Assembly: GCA_046293555.1 (NCBI GenBank) | Contig: JBKBOT010000003.1 | Span: 23,431-87,430 of the forward strand | DNA from: Pyrobaculum sp. | GTDB lineage: Archaea > Thermoproteota > Thermoprotei > Thermoproteales > Thermoproteaceae | Length of the DNA stretch: 64,000 nucleotides | Direction of reading: 5' to 3' | Shown: in pieces, positions 1 to 11,288 of the stretch | How the letters are laid out: every line of letters starts with the position of its first letter | How positions within the stretch are numbered: the stretch's first letter is position 1 | Program-made: the position numbers and the translations under genes | Notes under the pieces: model-generated | What the model saw: only the letters and a program-made list of their open reading frames with translations | The model's database searches: none | What the model was told of the DNA's origin: nothing

Positions 1-759
<759 letters not shown>

Positions 760-768
760 TTAAAAAGA

Positions 769-1047
769 TTAAAAACCAATTCTACTAAAGTACTCAAGCT
801 CGAAGTTGCCCACCCCCTCTACAGACCGCAAGACCTCTTCTACCTCGTCGGAGCTATATTCGTCAGACTCCGGCATTCTTATAAAAAACCTCAACGCCTT
901 TATCCCAAATCCAATTTCCTCTGTTTCTACCTTGTCTATCTTATATTTAGGACTTAGCTTATTGGTGATTTCCTCTCTTAGTTTCTCTATATCAACCTCT
1001 ATGCTGTCTGGGAGGACTCTATACACAAGTGCAACTTCTGCCGACAT
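769..1047 (-). CDS. ef1b: Translation elongation factor aEF1-beta
   Basis: VLPDSIEVD ... [10 protein letters not shown] signature; 92 aa; next to the usual Zn-ribbon partner gene. Confidence 0.93.
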   Translation of the reverse strand: MSAEVALVYRVLPDSIEVDIEKLREEITNKLSPKYKIDKVETEEIGFGIKALRFFIRMPESDEYSSDEVEEVLRSVEGVGNFELEYFSRIGF

Positions 1048-1076
1048 AAGCCGCTAGTTATGTCTGTTAATAAAAT

Positions 1077-1274
1077 TTACGGCCCCACAAAGCCGCACTC
1101 TGGACACCTATATGGCACCCCCAGTTTTCGCGACTTGGCGTTTCTCACTATCGTGGTTTTGCCGCAATTAGGGCAGGCGAAAACAACGCCTCTCTCCAAC
1201 GGGGCGAGACTCCAGTTTGTGGTAGAATCAGACGGCGGAGTTGGCCCATGTAGTTTTGCACCCCTGATGGACAT
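1077..1274 (-). CDS. Zn-ribbon protein, DUF1610/HVO_2753 family
   Basis: FACPNCG ... YRCPECGFVGP C-terminus; conserved position upstream of EF1-beta; start taken at ATG 1274. Confidence 0.85.
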   Translation of the reverse strand: MSIRGAKLHGPTPPSDSTTNWSLAPLERGVVFACPNCGKTTIVRNAKSRKLGVPYRCPECGFVGP

Positions 1275-1332
1275 AAATGGCGAGAGGAGCGGCACTATAA
1301 AAATTTTTTAGCATGTGTGAACTAAGACACGA

Positions 1333-1416
1333 GCCGGGGTGGCCGAGCGGCCCAAGGCGCGGGACTCGAGATCCCGTCCCCACACGGGGGCGTGGGTTCA
1401 AATCCCACCCCCGGCG
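1333..1416 (+). tRNA. tRNA-Ser(CGA), no intron, CCA not encoded
   Basis: Acceptor stem GCCGGGG/CCCCGGC, discriminator G, anticodon arm CGGGA-CT-CGA-GA-TCCCG, long variable arm, GGTTCAAATCC T-loop. Confidence 0.96.
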
Positions 1417-2312
1417 TTCTCTCTGACCCAAAACTCCCTAATGTGCTCCAAGTGGTGACGTGGCAACATCCTGCCGTCACTAGCCTCTATGTATTCCTCT
1501 AGCTCCTCTACAGAAGTTACGGTAAGGAGTACCGTGGTCACCGGGAAGGACAGTACGTACTTTAAGGCGTATTGCCCAAGCGTAAGCCCCAGCTCTCTGG
1601 CAAGCGGCACTATTTCTTTCTCCACAAGCCTCCGCGCCGAGATAAGCCACTCTCTTTTCCTCAAAGATCTGTGGTCCGTGGCGGGGAACTCTGCCCTAAA
1701 TCTATCTGTAAGCACCTCGCTTGCGTGCGGCACCCGTACGGCCAACAGCCTATCTGCACCTCTTCCTATAATCTCAAGCCCCGGCTCTTGTTCCAACAGG
1801 TTAAAGACAAACATAAGCGCATCATATCCAGCGGCTATAGCTGTCAACCCCTCTCGTAACACCTCTACCTCAGGCCCGAGAGCCACACCAACATAGTTAT
1901 CTTCTTTCAGCTGACCAATATAGGCAGAGGCTTTCTCTATCTCTTCTGCAGGAGCGTTGTGGATATACAGTATGTCAGGAGTCCTCCCAAGCCTACGTTT
2001 GGACTGACCTATCGCGAATTGTAAATACCCCAAGTCATATCTCCTAAGGGGCTTCTGGCTATAGAAGTCATATCCAACCTTTGTAGATATGTAGACATCG
2101 TAACCCTTCAGCCACGTCCCCAACAGCTCCTCGCTCCTACCTCTGCCATATATATCCGCTGTGTCGAAATAGTTAATACCTCTGTCAACTGCCGTCTTTA
2201 CGATCTTGTAGGCAGTATCTAGGTCGACAACGCCATACATGTCGCTACCTATCGTCCAACCGCCTACCCCCAGTTCAGACAAGTTAAGTTTGCCAAACTT
2301 CCTATAACGCAC
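1398..2312 (-). CDS. Aldo/keto reductase
   Basis: LSELGVGGW, GINYFDTADIYG, ISTKVG, LYIHN (D-Y-K-H tetrad). Confidence 0.92.
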   Translation of the reverse strand: MRYRKFGKLNLSELGVGGWTIGSDMYGVVDLDTAYKIVKTAVDRGINYFDTADIYGRGRSEELLGTWLKGYDVYISTKVGYDFYSQKPLRRYDLGYLQFAIGQSKRRLGRTPDILYIHNAPAEEIEKASAYIGQLKEDNYVGVALGPEVEVLREGLTAIAAGYDALMFVFNLLEQEPGLEIIGRGADRLLAVRVPHASEVLTDRFRAEFPATDHRSLRKREWLISARRLVEKEIVPLARELGLTLGQYALKYVLSFPVTTVLLTVTSVEELEEYIEASDGRMLPRHHLEHIREFWVRENAGGGI

Positions 2313-2464
2313 ATAACTATATCAATTTCCATTTATAAGCTAAATACACCTACATGTATTGACGACAGTCTGGCTTATCGAGACCTCGCGTCGATACTAG
2401 ACGTGTGGGCCGCTAACTCGAAATATTGGGGGAATATTTTTTAAAGATACAACTTTTGTGTCAT

Positions 2465-2851
2465 ATGTATAGACGGGTCCTAGTGGCATATGACGGGTCA
2501 GTATATGCAAAAAATGCGGTAAAACACGCGGTAGTTATCGCGAAGAGTTTCGGCGCGTCGCTATATGTGATCACAGTGGCTATAGACCCCTCCCAAGTGG
2601 CCGTAGATACTGCAAAAAAAATCGCCAAAGAGGCTGTAGATGACATAGCTTCTCAAGGCCTTTCCGTGGCGGAGGTTGCTATCAGAAGTGGGGTGCCTGC
2701 CACGGAGATATTAAACTATGCAGAAGAGAAAGAGGTTGACTTAATCGTCATGGGGTCTCGTGGCCTCTCTACCTTACAGAGAATTGTGTTGGGATCTGTC
2801 TCACAGGCGGTGGCGTCTAGAGCCAGAGTCCCCGTGCTTATAGTCAAATAG
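2465..2851 (+). CDS. Universal stress protein (UspA family)
   Basis: [12 protein letters not shown] ... DLIVMGSRG ... LGSVS ... VPVLIVK; ATG 2465 follows a TTTTTAAA box. Confidence 0.93.
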   Translation: MYRRVLVAYDGSVYAKNAVKHAVVIAKSFGASLYVITVAIDPSQVAVDTAKKIAKEAVDDIASQGLSVAEVAIRSGVPATEILNYAEEKEVDLIVMGSRGLSTLQRIVLGSVSQAVASRARVPVLIVK

Positions 2852-3485
2852 CCTCTCCCCATTGGTCAAAGCGGGTGGGGGCACGCCTCTTGGCTTCTTG
2901 AGTGAGCTCATGTGCTAACCTCAAGGGAAGCACGTCCCCCTTTACGCAAAGGCTTTTTACAAGCTCCACGGCGTCTTTGAGCGTTATGTGTGAACCCACG
3001 GAGACATATCTCTTGCCTCCACAGTAGATGACATGGCCTATCTCCTCTCCCTTCTCGTCTATTAGAGATGTCTCCCTCTCTACCCCGTATAGACGCGACT
3101 TGGCTACCCCCACAGTTGGCCTCTTTAAGACCACTCCTATATGTGACGCAATGCCAAACCTCCTGGGGTGCGCCACGCCGTGTCCATCGACTAGAATTAC
3201 GTCTGGCCTGTTCGCCAGCTTGAAATATGCCCGCAACATGGGGGTTAACTCCCGAAAGGCTAGATATGTGGGGACATAGGGAATCACGGACTTGTTTATA
3301 GATGTCGCAGTCTCTATGACTCTTAGGTCCTCTACCCCCACGATAACTGCCACGCCGTAGGCAAGACCCCCGGCGTAGGCCACGTCTAGACCTGCCACAG
3401 TCTCCACATGGCGTAATGGCGTAAACTCCACTCTCTCTGCTAGCCGTCTCTGTATTTCTCTCGCGGCTTCAAGAGAAAACGGCAT
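2844..3485 (-). CDS. nfi: Endonuclease V
   Basis: [45 protein letters not shown] motifs. Confidence 0.94.
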   Translation of the reverse strand: MPFSLEAAREIQRRLAERVEFTPLRHVETVAGLDVAYAGGLAYGVAVIVGVEDLRVIETATSINKSVIPYVPTYLAFRELTPMLRAYFKLANRPDVILVDGHGVAHPRRFGIASHIGVVLKRPTVGVAKSRLYGVERETSLIDEKGEEIGHVIYCGGKRYVSVGSHITLKDAVELVKSLCVKGDVLPLRLAHELTQEAKRRAPTRFDQWGEAI

Positions 3486-4152
3486 CGAAAGTCTCTACTA
3501 TACGCCTCACTATCTTCGTCGTGTTACATAACTCACATTGTTTCAACTCAGAGAGGCGTATCACCTCTACGTCTAGTCCCCGCCTTTTTGCCTCCCACCT
3601 GACTCTATCTTCAGCCACCTGTTGGCTTGGGCCCAGGAGGATCACGTCAGGTTTCACCACTTCTAGTATGTCAAAAATGTCTCCAGGCCTTCCAGGCACC
3701 ACCTTGTGTACATAATATATACCTGACAACACCTCGGCCCTCTGGCTCTGGGGGATTACTATCCTCCTCCCCTTGACTCTCTCGGCGTTTTCGTCTGAAG
3801 AAACCACTGCGGTGACATAGCCTAACCTCCAGGCCTCTTGTAGATATGCCAAATGGCCCGGATGGAGGATCTCAAAAGTGCCTGCAGCCATCACAACTCT
3901 GGCGTTTTTAATCTCGCTTGGTTTTCTCCACACGAAATCTACGACGCCTACCATCTTTAACGCGTCTAGTAGACCTTCGGCGTAAGACACTGTGGCTAGA
4001 GCTGTCTCCCTATCTCCAGTGGAGTAGTAATACTTGGCGTCTTTTAGATATGCATGTGCCAAGTCCACCACTTGTTTATACGCGCCGTCTTTCAGCACGA
4101 GGGTGGTGAGGGCCTCTTCTAGGTTTCTTATATAGATGGCGACTCTATCCAC
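3469..4152 (-). CDS. DUF357 domain fused to cytidylyltransferase-like FAD synthase (RibL-like)
   Basis: N-terminal AYLKDAKYY...[10 protein letters not shown] (DUF357); C-terminal [11 protein letters not shown] (HxGH), KPDVILLG and a late CxxC. Confidence 0.85.
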   Translation of the reverse strand: MDRVAIYIRNLEEALTTLVLKDGAYKQVVDLAHAYLKDAKYYYSTGDRETALATVSYAEGLLDALKMVGVVDFVWRKPSEIKNARVVMAAGTFEILHPGHLAYLQEAWRLGYVTAVVSSDENAERVKGRRIVIPQSQRAEVLSGIYYVHKVVPGRPGDIFDILEVVKPDVILLGPSQQVAEDRVRWEAKRRGLDVEVIRLSELKQCELCNTTKIVRRIVETFDAVFS

Positions 4153-4197
4153 GGGGGGTAGGTATCAAACTTTATAAAAGTCTTGTCTCATGTCGCC

Positions 4198-4398
4198 ATG
4201 GCTGATGAGGTAGTTGCATCTAGGTTGGTAACAAGGCTTAGAGAGGCCGAGAGGCTGGCAGCAGGAGGGAAGGTGGGAGAAGCTAAGACAATCTTAAAAG
4301 AGGTTGTCAGGGAGGCCCGTGAGAAAGGCCTTGAGAAATCTCTACATAACCTTATCTCAAGGGTGAGGGCTGTTATAAGACATAAAACTCGGCGATAG
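4198..4398 (+). CDS. Small helical hypothetical protein
   Basis: ORF after a TTTATAAA box; amphipathic helical pattern; fills an intergenic gap. Confidence 0.6.
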   Translation: MADEVVASRLVTRLREAERLAAGGKVGEAKTILKEVVREAREKGLEKSLHNLISRVRAVIRHKTRR

Positions 4399-4792
4399 CG
4401 AACTCCCTCCCCCTACATTTAGCTCTTCCCAACACTTTTAGCACCTTTACCTTTTCTCCAAGCTTCACAACGTCTATGGGGCAGTTTTCACACCCCGCGC
4501 ACTCCCCCTCAAAGGTAACTATGGCGCCTTCTAGCGCCTTGTTAAACGGCAGTAGGCCTACTATGGGGGCCTCTTCCACCACTACTGGCACCATCTCCCC
4601 GTTGGTGATCTTACATCTCTGGCCCACAAAGGGCCTTATTTCCACCACTTTGTAACTCCTGCCTTGTGTCAACCGGCCTATACACACGGGGTAGAGCTTA
4701 CAGCCTCTACACTCCTCTGGGATGTCTACCAGACGGAATTTGTGGCCTACCTCCGCCTGTTCTCTAGAGAGGAGGGTGACAGTCCGCCTCAT
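4373..4792 (-). CDS. UPF0179 family protein
   Basis: MRRTVTLL...G ... ECRGCKLYPVC ... GRSYKVVEIR ... CAGCENCP; the real start is ATG 4792, inside the longer ORF-track call. Confidence 0.85.
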   Translation of the reverse strand: MRRTVTLLSREQAEVGHKFRLVDIPEECRGCKLYPVCIGRLTQGRSYKVVEIRPFVGQRCKITNGEMVPVVVEEAPIVGLLPFNKALEGAIVTFEGECAGCENCPIDVVKLGEKVKVLKVLGRAKCRGREFAIAEFYVL

Positions 4793-4820
4793 GTTTATAA
4801 AATAGCTACCGTATTTAATT

Positions 4821-5720
4821 GTGATAAGAGACGTCGTAGAGGCGTATGACAAGCTAGACAAGAGAGACTTAAGGATACTACGGACTATAGAGGCGGCGCA
4901 CAGGAGATTTGAGTTTATCCCCCACGAGCTTGTCGAGAAATGGGCGCGGTATAGGAGAGAAGAGGTAAGAGAACGGGTTAAGTACCTACATCGCCTTGGC
5001 TTACTCCGACGTAACGCAGTCCCCCGCCTAGGGTGGAAAATTACTGCGGCGGGGCTTGACGTACTGGCTTTACACACATTAAGCGTCAAAAAGAAAGTTG
5101 TAAAACTGTCCCCAACGCCCATTGGGACGGGAAAAGAGGCTGTGGTATATGCCGGAGAGACTCCCTCAGGTTTTAAAGTGGCGGTTAAATTCCATAGGGG
5201 TGGGGTCTCTACCTTCCGGTCTGAGGCTTTTTTCAGACGTAAGTTAGAGAAATATAGACACTTGACGCAAATATATGAGACTAGGCTTTCCGCCTTGGCG
5301 GAGTTTTTTGCCCTAGAGAAAATTTTTGAGGCCGGCGGGCTTGTCCCCGAGCCCATTTCGGTAAGTAGACATGTGGTAGTAATGGGATATATAGAGGGGG
5401 TCGAGCTGTATAGATATAGTGGAGAGATTGGAAAGATACTTGACGACGTATTTTATACATTAAGGACAGCCGTCAGGCTGGGGATAATACACGGCGATTT
5501 GTCTCCCTACAACATCTTGGCCGGCCATAGAGGCTATATAATCGACTGGCCCCAGTGGATGCCGGCCACACACCCCAAGGCCGTAGACTACTTGAGACAA
5601 GATGTTAAAAACATCGCCAAGTTTTTTAAAATAAGTCCAGAGATTTTGACTAGAGAACTAGTTACAGAAATAGACGTGGGGGAGGAGTTCAAAAAGAAAA
5701 TAAATGCCGTATTTCAATAA
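4821..5720 (+). CDS. rio2: RIO-family (Rio2-type) Ser/Thr kinase
   Basis: N-terminal wHTH, IGTGKEAVVY, AVKFHR, IHGDLSPYNIL, IIDWPQ. Confidence 0.92.
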   Translation: MIRDVVEAYDKLDKRDLRILRTIEAAHRRFEFIPHELVEKWARYRREEVRERVKYLHRLGLLRRNAVPRLGWKITAAGLDVLALHTLSVKKKVVKLSPTPIGTGKEAVVYAGETPSGFKVAVKFHRGGVSTFRSEAFFRRKLEKYRHLTQIYETRLSALAEFFALEKIFEAGGLVPEPISVSRHVVVMGYIEGVELYRYSGEIGKILDDVFYTLRTAVRLGIIHGDLSPYNILAGHRGYIIDWPQWMPATHPKAVDYLRQDVKNIAKFFKISPEILTRELVTEIDVGEEFKKKINAVFQ

Positions 5721-5723
5721 CAC

Positions 5724-7466
5724 GTGGCCATATTGGGTCTGGACATAGCCCCAAAGGGGGCTTTCGCCTATGCGGTATTTGAAAACGACAGGGTGATTGA
5801 AAGCGGCGTGGCAGAAGCCAGAGAGCTCCTCCCACTGTTTAAAAAATTCAGAATTCGCACCGTCGCGGTAGACAACGTGGGAGAGTTGGCGCAATACGGC
5901 AGGGCGGTAATCAAGGCGTTGGGCCGCCTCCCCTATATGGCCCAGTTAGTAGAAGTGACGAGGGGGGCTGGGGGGTATAGAAATGTGGAACAACTTGTGA
6001 AAGAATACCTAGGTGTCAACAGGGGGCGTCTCGATCCGCTAGATACTGCCATATATCTAGCCATGCTGGCCGCCAGGGGGGTAGGCACAGCCGTGAAGCT
6101 CTTTGAGGAAGAGACCATAGTTCTAGTACATAGGAGGATCTCCACAACTCCCGGCGGCATGAGTAGAAACAGGTTTATGAGAAACGTCGCCCAGAGAATC
6201 AAGGCGCTTGCCTCAGAAATTGAGACTAAGCTCAGAGAGAGGGGGCTTGACTACGACTTGTTTCTAAGAGAGGAGTCGGGAGAGGTGAGTTCTGCAAAAT
6301 TTGTGGTTTATACAAATAGGGAAACAGTGAGACGTTTGATAAAGCCGAAAAGAAGTCTAGACGTCGCCGTCTCTGTGTACTCGGTCCCAGCCAGAGTGAA
6401 GGAGGCTCCGGCACACAAGCGTTTTCTAGTCGTGGGGATAGACCCAGGGACGGTCACAGGTCTTGCCATCCTTACTCTCGACGGGGAGGTTCTAGACACG
6501 GTAGCTAGGAGAGGCTTCTCTCGTGGAGATATCTTGAGATACGTCGGCCAGTGGGGCATCCCGGTGTTAGTAGCCACAGATGTGGGCGAGCCGCCAGAAT
6601 ATGTAAGACGTCTAGCCGCCATGTGTGGTGCGGTTTTATACACGCCAGGCCGTGACCTAACTTCTGGAGAAAAAATGGAGCTTGTAGAGAAGGCCGGCTG
6701 GAGAGTTAAGACAAGCCATGAGAGAGATGCGTTAGCTGCAGCATATCGCGCATATCTGGAATACAGGCCGAAATTTGAAAAAATCTCAAAAGAGCTCGGC
6801 GTTCTGGACTTCGGCCAGCTGGAATACATCAAGGCGTTGGTAATACGGGGTTACTCCATAGCCCATGCGGTATCTGAGGCATTGCGACAACAGGAGGGGA
6901 GGGAGACCAAGGTGGTCTACATAACGGTAGAAAAGCCCTGTGCCCCTAGGGAGGCAGACCACACGAGGATAAAAGCTCTAGAGTATGAAAATCAACAACT
7001 CCAAAAAGAGCTAGAGACACTCAGAAGGGAGTACGTAGAGTTACGTAAGTTCGTAGAGAACGAAAAATGGAAAGATATGAAATATAGAGAGCTACAAAAC
7101 AGGATAGAAACGTTAGCCAAGGCCTTGTCTCAAAAAGAGGAAGAAATTAGAAACCTCAAGAAGACGTTTATAGAAATTCTGGCAGAATACGGGGCAAGAT
7201 ACAAGCTTGTACATATGTCTGAAGTAAAGCAGTGTAAGGGAGGCGAGGCCGCGGGGACCATATGTGGAAATCTTGCCTCCATCGAGGATGCAGACGCCAG
7301 GAAGACTTTAGGTGTGCCCCTACGGCTGGTGGCCAAGCTAGAGCTAGGAGAGTTTTATGTAGTAGATATGGATAAGGTGAGAGAGCTAGTTAGGCAGATA
7401 AGAGAGCGGCTAGATAGAGAGGTAGACCTCAAGAAGATTATTAGGGAATACCGCGGGTCAATATAG
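5724..7466 (+). CDS. DUF460 family protein (RNase H-fold domains plus coiled coil)
   Basis: ILGLDI, PGGMSRNRF, VVGIDPGTVTGLA, HERDALAAA and a long coiled coil. Confidence 0.88.
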   Translation: MAILGLDIAPKGAFAYAVFENDRVIESGVAEARELLPLFKKFRIRTVAVDNVGELAQYGRAVIKALGRLPYMAQLVEVTRGAGGYRNVEQLVKEYLGVNRGRLDPLDTAIYLAMLAARGVGTAVKLFEEETIVLVHRRISTTPGGMSRNRFMRNVAQRIKALASEIETKLRERGLDYDLFLREESGEVSSAKFVVYTNRETVRRLIKPKRSLDVAVSVYSVPARVKEAPAHKRFLVVGIDPGTVTGLAILTLDGEVLDTVARRGFSRGDILRYVGQWGIPVLVATDVGEPPEYVRRLAAMCGAVLYTPGRDLTSGEKMELVEKAGWRVKTSHERDALAAAYRAYLEYRPKFEKISKELGVLDFGQLEYIKALVIRGYSIAHAVSEALRQQEGRETKVVYITVEKPCAPREADHTRIKALEYENQQLQKELETLRREYVELRKFVENEKWKDMKYRELQNRIETLAKALSQKEEEIRNLKKTFIEILAEYGARYKLVHMSEVKQCKGGEAAGTICGNLASIEDADARKTLGVPLRLVAKLELGEFYVVDMDKVRELVRQIRERLDREVDLKKIIREYRGSI

Positions 7467-8666
7467 GCTCGCCTCACCCTTCAGGATGTATTCAGTTAAC
7501 TGCGTGATTTTGTCTAATTCCTCCCTTGCGATGACTTCAGCTTCTCTCTTTGTATCGCCAGCGAGTTCACCCTCTTTGATTATCTCTATGTTTAAGATCT
7601 TGGGCTCGTTTATCGGCCTCCCGATTTGCGAAACTACTTCCACATATACCTCTATGATGTCTTTTACCTCTCTATATATCTTGTCGGCAATTCTCTGAGC
7701 CACCACGTTGTAGATCTTACCCACGTGGCTCACCGGATTTTTGCCGGCAGCAGCCTCAAGAGACATAGAGCGCATGGGTGTAATCAAGCCGTTGGCCCTA
7801 TTGCCCCTTCCAGTCATGCCGTCATCTCCATGTTCTGCAGAAGTGCCTGTAACCGTGAGGTAATATATGTTGTGTTCTGGCTTATCTGCAGCATTTACCA
7901 CAACCTCTACCCCATAGCCTGGGGCAATCCTGGCGGCTAAGTTCTCTACGGCCTCCCTCACCTCTTCTTTTACAGAAAGGTAGTGGCTCCTATCTTTTAC
8001 AAGCTTACTAATAAATGCAGAAGCCACCGTGAGTTTCACCTCTTTCCCCACTCTAACTCCCATCACCTTTACGTCCTCACCCACCTCCGGGTACCTGGCT
8101 TTGAAATCTCTCGAGTTTAACAGACGTTCGGCCTTATATACCAGCTCTTCTAACGGAGTGAAGGGGGCATAGCCGACGCCTACAGAGGTGTCGTTTGCCA
8201 GAGGGATGTTTTTAACCCCCATGTCATATATGCCCACCAAATCTGCCGACCCCTGTCCAATCTTGTAGTCAATTACGGTGTGGACATCTGGATCTAGGTG
8301 GCGGAAGTGTTGTCTCAGCCAGTCTTTTGCAGCCTGTATAACCAAGGGGCCGAGAGGTATTTTGACAACCCCATCTCTCGTCCTAACCTCATATGTGGCC
8401 CTCCCGGAGATGAGGACGTATATAGGCTGTAGGACCTCCCCACCTCCAAACCTCGGCGCGGCCTGTCCACCTACTACCAGCGTCTTGTCTATATTGTGGT
8501 GAAGTATTGTCCCAAATGTTTCTAGATAGTATCGAGAGAGGTATCTACTAGCCCATTCAGAAATCCCGTCTGCCATATAGTCTGGATGCCCTTGGCCCTT
8601 CCTCTCTACAATTTCGACAAGACGTTGCGACACCGGCGTCTTGTCTACCTTCTCCACTACGATCAT
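7458..8666 (-). CDS. mat: Archaeal S-adenosylmethionine synthetase
   Basis: [48 protein letters not shown]. Confidence 0.96.
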   Translation of the reverse strand: MIVVEKVDKTPVSQRLVEIVERKGQGHPDYMADGISEWASRYLSRYYLETFGTILHHNIDKTLVVGGQAAPRFGGGEVLQPIYVLISGRATYEVRTRDGVVKIPLGPLVIQAAKDWLRQHFRHLDPDVHTVIDYKIGQGSADLVGIYDMGVKNIPLANDTSVGVGYAPFTPLEELVYKAERLLNSRDFKARYPEVGEDVKVMGVRVGKEVKLTVASAFISKLVKDRSHYLSVKEEVREAVENLAARIAPGYGVEVVVNAADKPEHNIYYLTVTGTSAEHGDDGMTGRGNRANGLITPMRSMSLEAAAGKNPVSHVGKIYNVVAQRIADKIYREVKDIIEVYVEVVSQIGRPINEPKILNIEIIKEGELAGDTKREAEVIAREELDKITQLTEYILKGEASLY

Positions 8667-8923
8667 GTAGTCACCTCGGTGGCAGACACGTAAATAACTT
8701 GGGACCCGCGGACTACTATCCTGCCATATCGCGCCAACGGCTCCCCGGAGTTGTCTAACTCAGCCGCGTTGTCTAACACCAGGTTCATACAGCCGTCATA
8801 TGCCGTCAAGATGCCTTTTACCGCCACGCCGCCCTTAAGTCTAGCCACAATCTCTCTATTTAACATCTTTGTCATAACCCTGATGGGTGCCGGCAGTTTC
8901 GTCTGTTGTTGTGTTTTCGACAT
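8663..8923 (-). CDS. Sm-like (Lsm/SmAP) protein
   Basis: GILTAYDGCMNLVLDNA (Sm1) and VVRGSQV (Sm2); adjacent to MAT as for crenarchaeal SmAP2. Confidence 0.92.
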   Translation of the reverse strand: MSKTQQQTKLPAPIRVMTKMLNREIVARLKGGVAVKGILTAYDGCMNLVLDNAAELDNSGEPLARYGRIVVRGSQVIYVSATEVTT

Positions 8924-8953
8924 AGAAAGCCTCACATATGTAAATATATAAAA

Positions 8954-9154
8954 TTAACCCCGTCTCTCGTAAACTAACACGTCGTCTATCCACTCCACGT
9001 GGGCCATAAGCACCCTCCTACAACAATACCTAGAGATACCTAAGCTATCTAACACCTGCTCGGGGTGCTCCCCCGCGAGTACCCTACGTCTAAAAGCCGC
9101 ATAGAGGTGGCCTAACGGCTTTCCACAAGTAAAGCACCGGACAGGTATGATCAT
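8954..9154 (-). CDS. rpoN: RNA polymerase subunit N (Rpo10)
   Basis: [12 protein letters not shown] ... RYCCRR. Confidence 0.97.
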   Translation of the reverse strand: MIIPVRCFTCGKPLGHLYAAFRRRVLAGEHPEQVLDSLGISRYCCRRVLMAHVEWIDDVLVYERRG

Positions 9155-9591
9155 CTATATGCCTTCTGTCTCTTACTTCTGGCGTGTTTAATGCCAGGCT
9201 TCTTGGGCTCCGTCCTTCTTGGATCTCCCTTCAACATATATGGGTCGTACCTCTCGTAAAGCTCTTTTAACTCCTGACTCTGGAAGTAAGCCACTAGGCC
9301 CCGGGCGATAGCTATTCTCACCGCTGTGGCTTGACCCATATAGCCGCCTCCAGACATATTAACCTCTATATCTACCTTCTTGGCAAGATCTCCCGCCAGA
9401 ACTAAAGGCTCCGCCATCTTGAGACGCGCCATCTCTATTGGCCATAACTCCAGCGGGTAGCCGTTAACTCTAGCTCTCCCAACTCCGGGCTTGACGATAG
9501 CCCTAGCTATGGCAGCCTTCTTCCTACCTATAGAGATAACCACCCTCGGCGCCTCCTGTATGACAGTGACACCTAACGTCCCCACGTCCAT
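9151..9591 (-). CDS. rps9p: 30S ribosomal protein S9 (uS9)
   Basis: [29 protein letters not shown]...QKAYR. Confidence 0.96.
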   Translation of the reverse strand: MDVGTLGVTVIQEAPRVVISIGRKKAAIARAIVKPGVGRARVNGYPLELWPIEMARLKMAEPLVLAGDLAKKVDIEVNMSGGGYMGQATAVRIAIARGLVAYFQSQELKELYERYDPYMLKGDPRRTEPKKPGIKHARSKRQKAYR

Positions 9592-9593
9592 GT

Positions 9594-10124
9594 CTACGAG
9601 CTAGTGGCCTGTTTTATCTTTTTCTCCCACACCTCCTGCGCCCTCGCCCACTGTTCCCACGCGGCGTAGTCAACACTACGCCATATCTCCTCTAGCGTTA
9701 CATATCGTAGCAAAGGCCTGGGGGTAAACATGGCCTCTGGCATTGTGTAAGTCACTAATTTTCTCCGTTGGAGTAACTCTAGCGGAGTAGACATATAGAC
9801 TCTAAGCCTTTTTAACGCCCTACGTCCAGACTCGTTTTTTGGCAACATTCCCCTCACTACTCTCTTAAATATCCTATCTGGCCTCCTGGGGACCTTCGGC
9901 CCCACCTTCTCCGGGTTGTAGTGAGTACGCCACTCGCTGGCCTTCCTCATGAACCACCCCACTACCACCTTCCTCTCGCCTACCACCACCGCCTTTTCTA
10001 TATTGATAACTACAATTCTCAACTCTGGCTTTGTCAACAAGGCTTTAGCTAGGTAGGACGCTAGACGGCCCATTATGTGGCCTCTCGCGTCTATGATAAC
10101 CTCGCCCCTCTCTGGGAGACTCAT
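9594..10124 (-). CDS. rpl13p: 50S ribosomal protein L13 (uL13)
   Basis: IIDARGHIMGRLAS ... PDRIFKRVVRGMLP. Confidence 0.96.
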   Translation of the reverse strand: MSLPERGEVIIDARGHIMGRLASYLAKALLTKPELRIVVINIEKAVVVGERKVVVGWFMRKASEWRTHYNPEKVGPKVPRRPDRIFKRVVRGMLPKNESGRRALKRLRVYMSTPLELLQRRKLVTYTMPEAMFTPRPLLRYVTLEEIWRSVDYAAWEQWARAQEVWEKKIKQATSS

Positions 10125-10489
10125 GTTACTATCTTGACGCCAGACCCTTTTGGAACTCTCCTGACAAGTTCGGGGACTGTCAAAACCTCGCCGCCTGCAT
10201 CTAAAATCTTCCGAGCGGCTTTTGGCGAGATCTTAAACGCCGCCACCACCACTTTCTTTCTGATAACTCCACTTCCTAACAACTTCCCGGGAATTAACAC
10301 AACATCTCCCTCGTCTGCCACTCTGTCTACCTTACCCACATTTACCACCACTCTCTGTCTCCGCGGCTTTTCTATAAGCTCTGCAGCTACTTTCCATATG
10401 TTGGCAGAATTGGCTCTAGAGGCCTTTCTGAGAAATCTTATTAACATCCTCGCCTGTCTGTTAGTAGGCCCCGTGGGGTTAGGAGGCAT
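10121..10489 (-). CDS. rpl18e: 50S ribosomal protein L18e
   Basis: TGPTN...IWK...VNVGK...IPGKLLGSG. Confidence 0.95.
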   Translation of the reverse strand: MPPNPTGPTNRQARMLIRFLRKASRANSANIWKVAAELIEKPRRQRVVVNVGKVDRVADEGDVVLIPGKLLGSGVIRKKVVVAAFKISPKAARKILDAGGEVLTVPELVRRVPKGSGVKIVT

Positions 10490-10511
10490 GTGGGCAATCC
10501 TACAGACTTAT

Positions 10512-11288
10512 TTAAAATTTTTGTCTAGTCTTCTGTTCTAAAGCCTCCAGGAAGGTTGTAAACTTATTTTTCAAAATCCTAAAGGCCTCTCTCAACGCGG
10601 CGTCTACGTCATAATTCCCAAAAGACTCCACCCAGAAGACGTATTTGTCTTTCTCCCACTCTACCTCAAGCCCCTCTTTACACAAGTCCTTACATGTCCA
10701 CGCCCTGTTAAACGTGCAGTCTAGAGGATCTTCTAGATTTTTACATACTTCTCTACATCTCTCTCTACACGTCTCGTCTTTTATCACAACTCTGGGGTAG
10801 TAATAATAGCTAGCCACCGCCGCCTGCCACTTGGCGTGATCTCTCGCCCGTCCCAACTTGGCATATGCCTCCAACACGATAGACTGGCCTTTTGCCAACT
10901 TTACGAGAGGGATGTCTTTATAGACAGGCACCACGTCGGCCCTATCTGAAACCAGGTCGCCGGAATACACGACCATCTCTCCATCTGCAGACACCTGGAG
11001 GACAAGTCTAGTGCTACATTCTGAGGGATCTGCCAGACCTGACTCGCAGTCCTCTATAGGTGGGAGCGAGCGAAGCGGCGTGGTAAGTGGGATTAGGCCG
11101 ACCCTGTGGGCAAGCATCTCGTCGTACATCACAGAGGTGTTATTAATAATGATCACTGAGTCTACCGCCATGGCGGGAAGATCGGCAATAATAACCCTCC
11201 TAAGGGAGTTAACCAGCGAGGGGCAGGCTCCCTCTATTACCGCCTTTAGAAACCTCTCGGATTTCTCAACTACCGTCGCTTTTGGCAT
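10512..11288 (-). CDS. rpoD: RNA polymerase subunit D (Rpo3)
   Basis: NSLRR, NTSVMYDEMLAHRVGLIPL, HAKWQ, Cys-rich insert. Confidence 0.96.
   Translation of the reverse strand: MPKATVVEKSERFLKAVIEGACPSLVNSLRRVIIADLPAMAVDSVIIINNTSVMYDEMLAHRVGLIPLTTPLRSLPPIEDCESGLADPSECSTRLVLQVSADGEMVVYSGDLVSDRADVVPVYKDIPLVKLAKGQSIVLEAYAKLGRARDHAKWQAAVASYYYYPRVVIKDETCRERCREVCKNLEDPLDCTFNRAWTCKDLCKEGLEVEWEKDKYVFWVESFGNYDVDAALREAFRILKNKFTTFLEALEQKTRQKF

Noticed and set aside
4793-5356. N-terminal 187 aa of the 327-aa minus-strand ORF
   Set aside because: Antisense shadow of the RIO kinase; the UPF0179 protein starts at ATG 4792.
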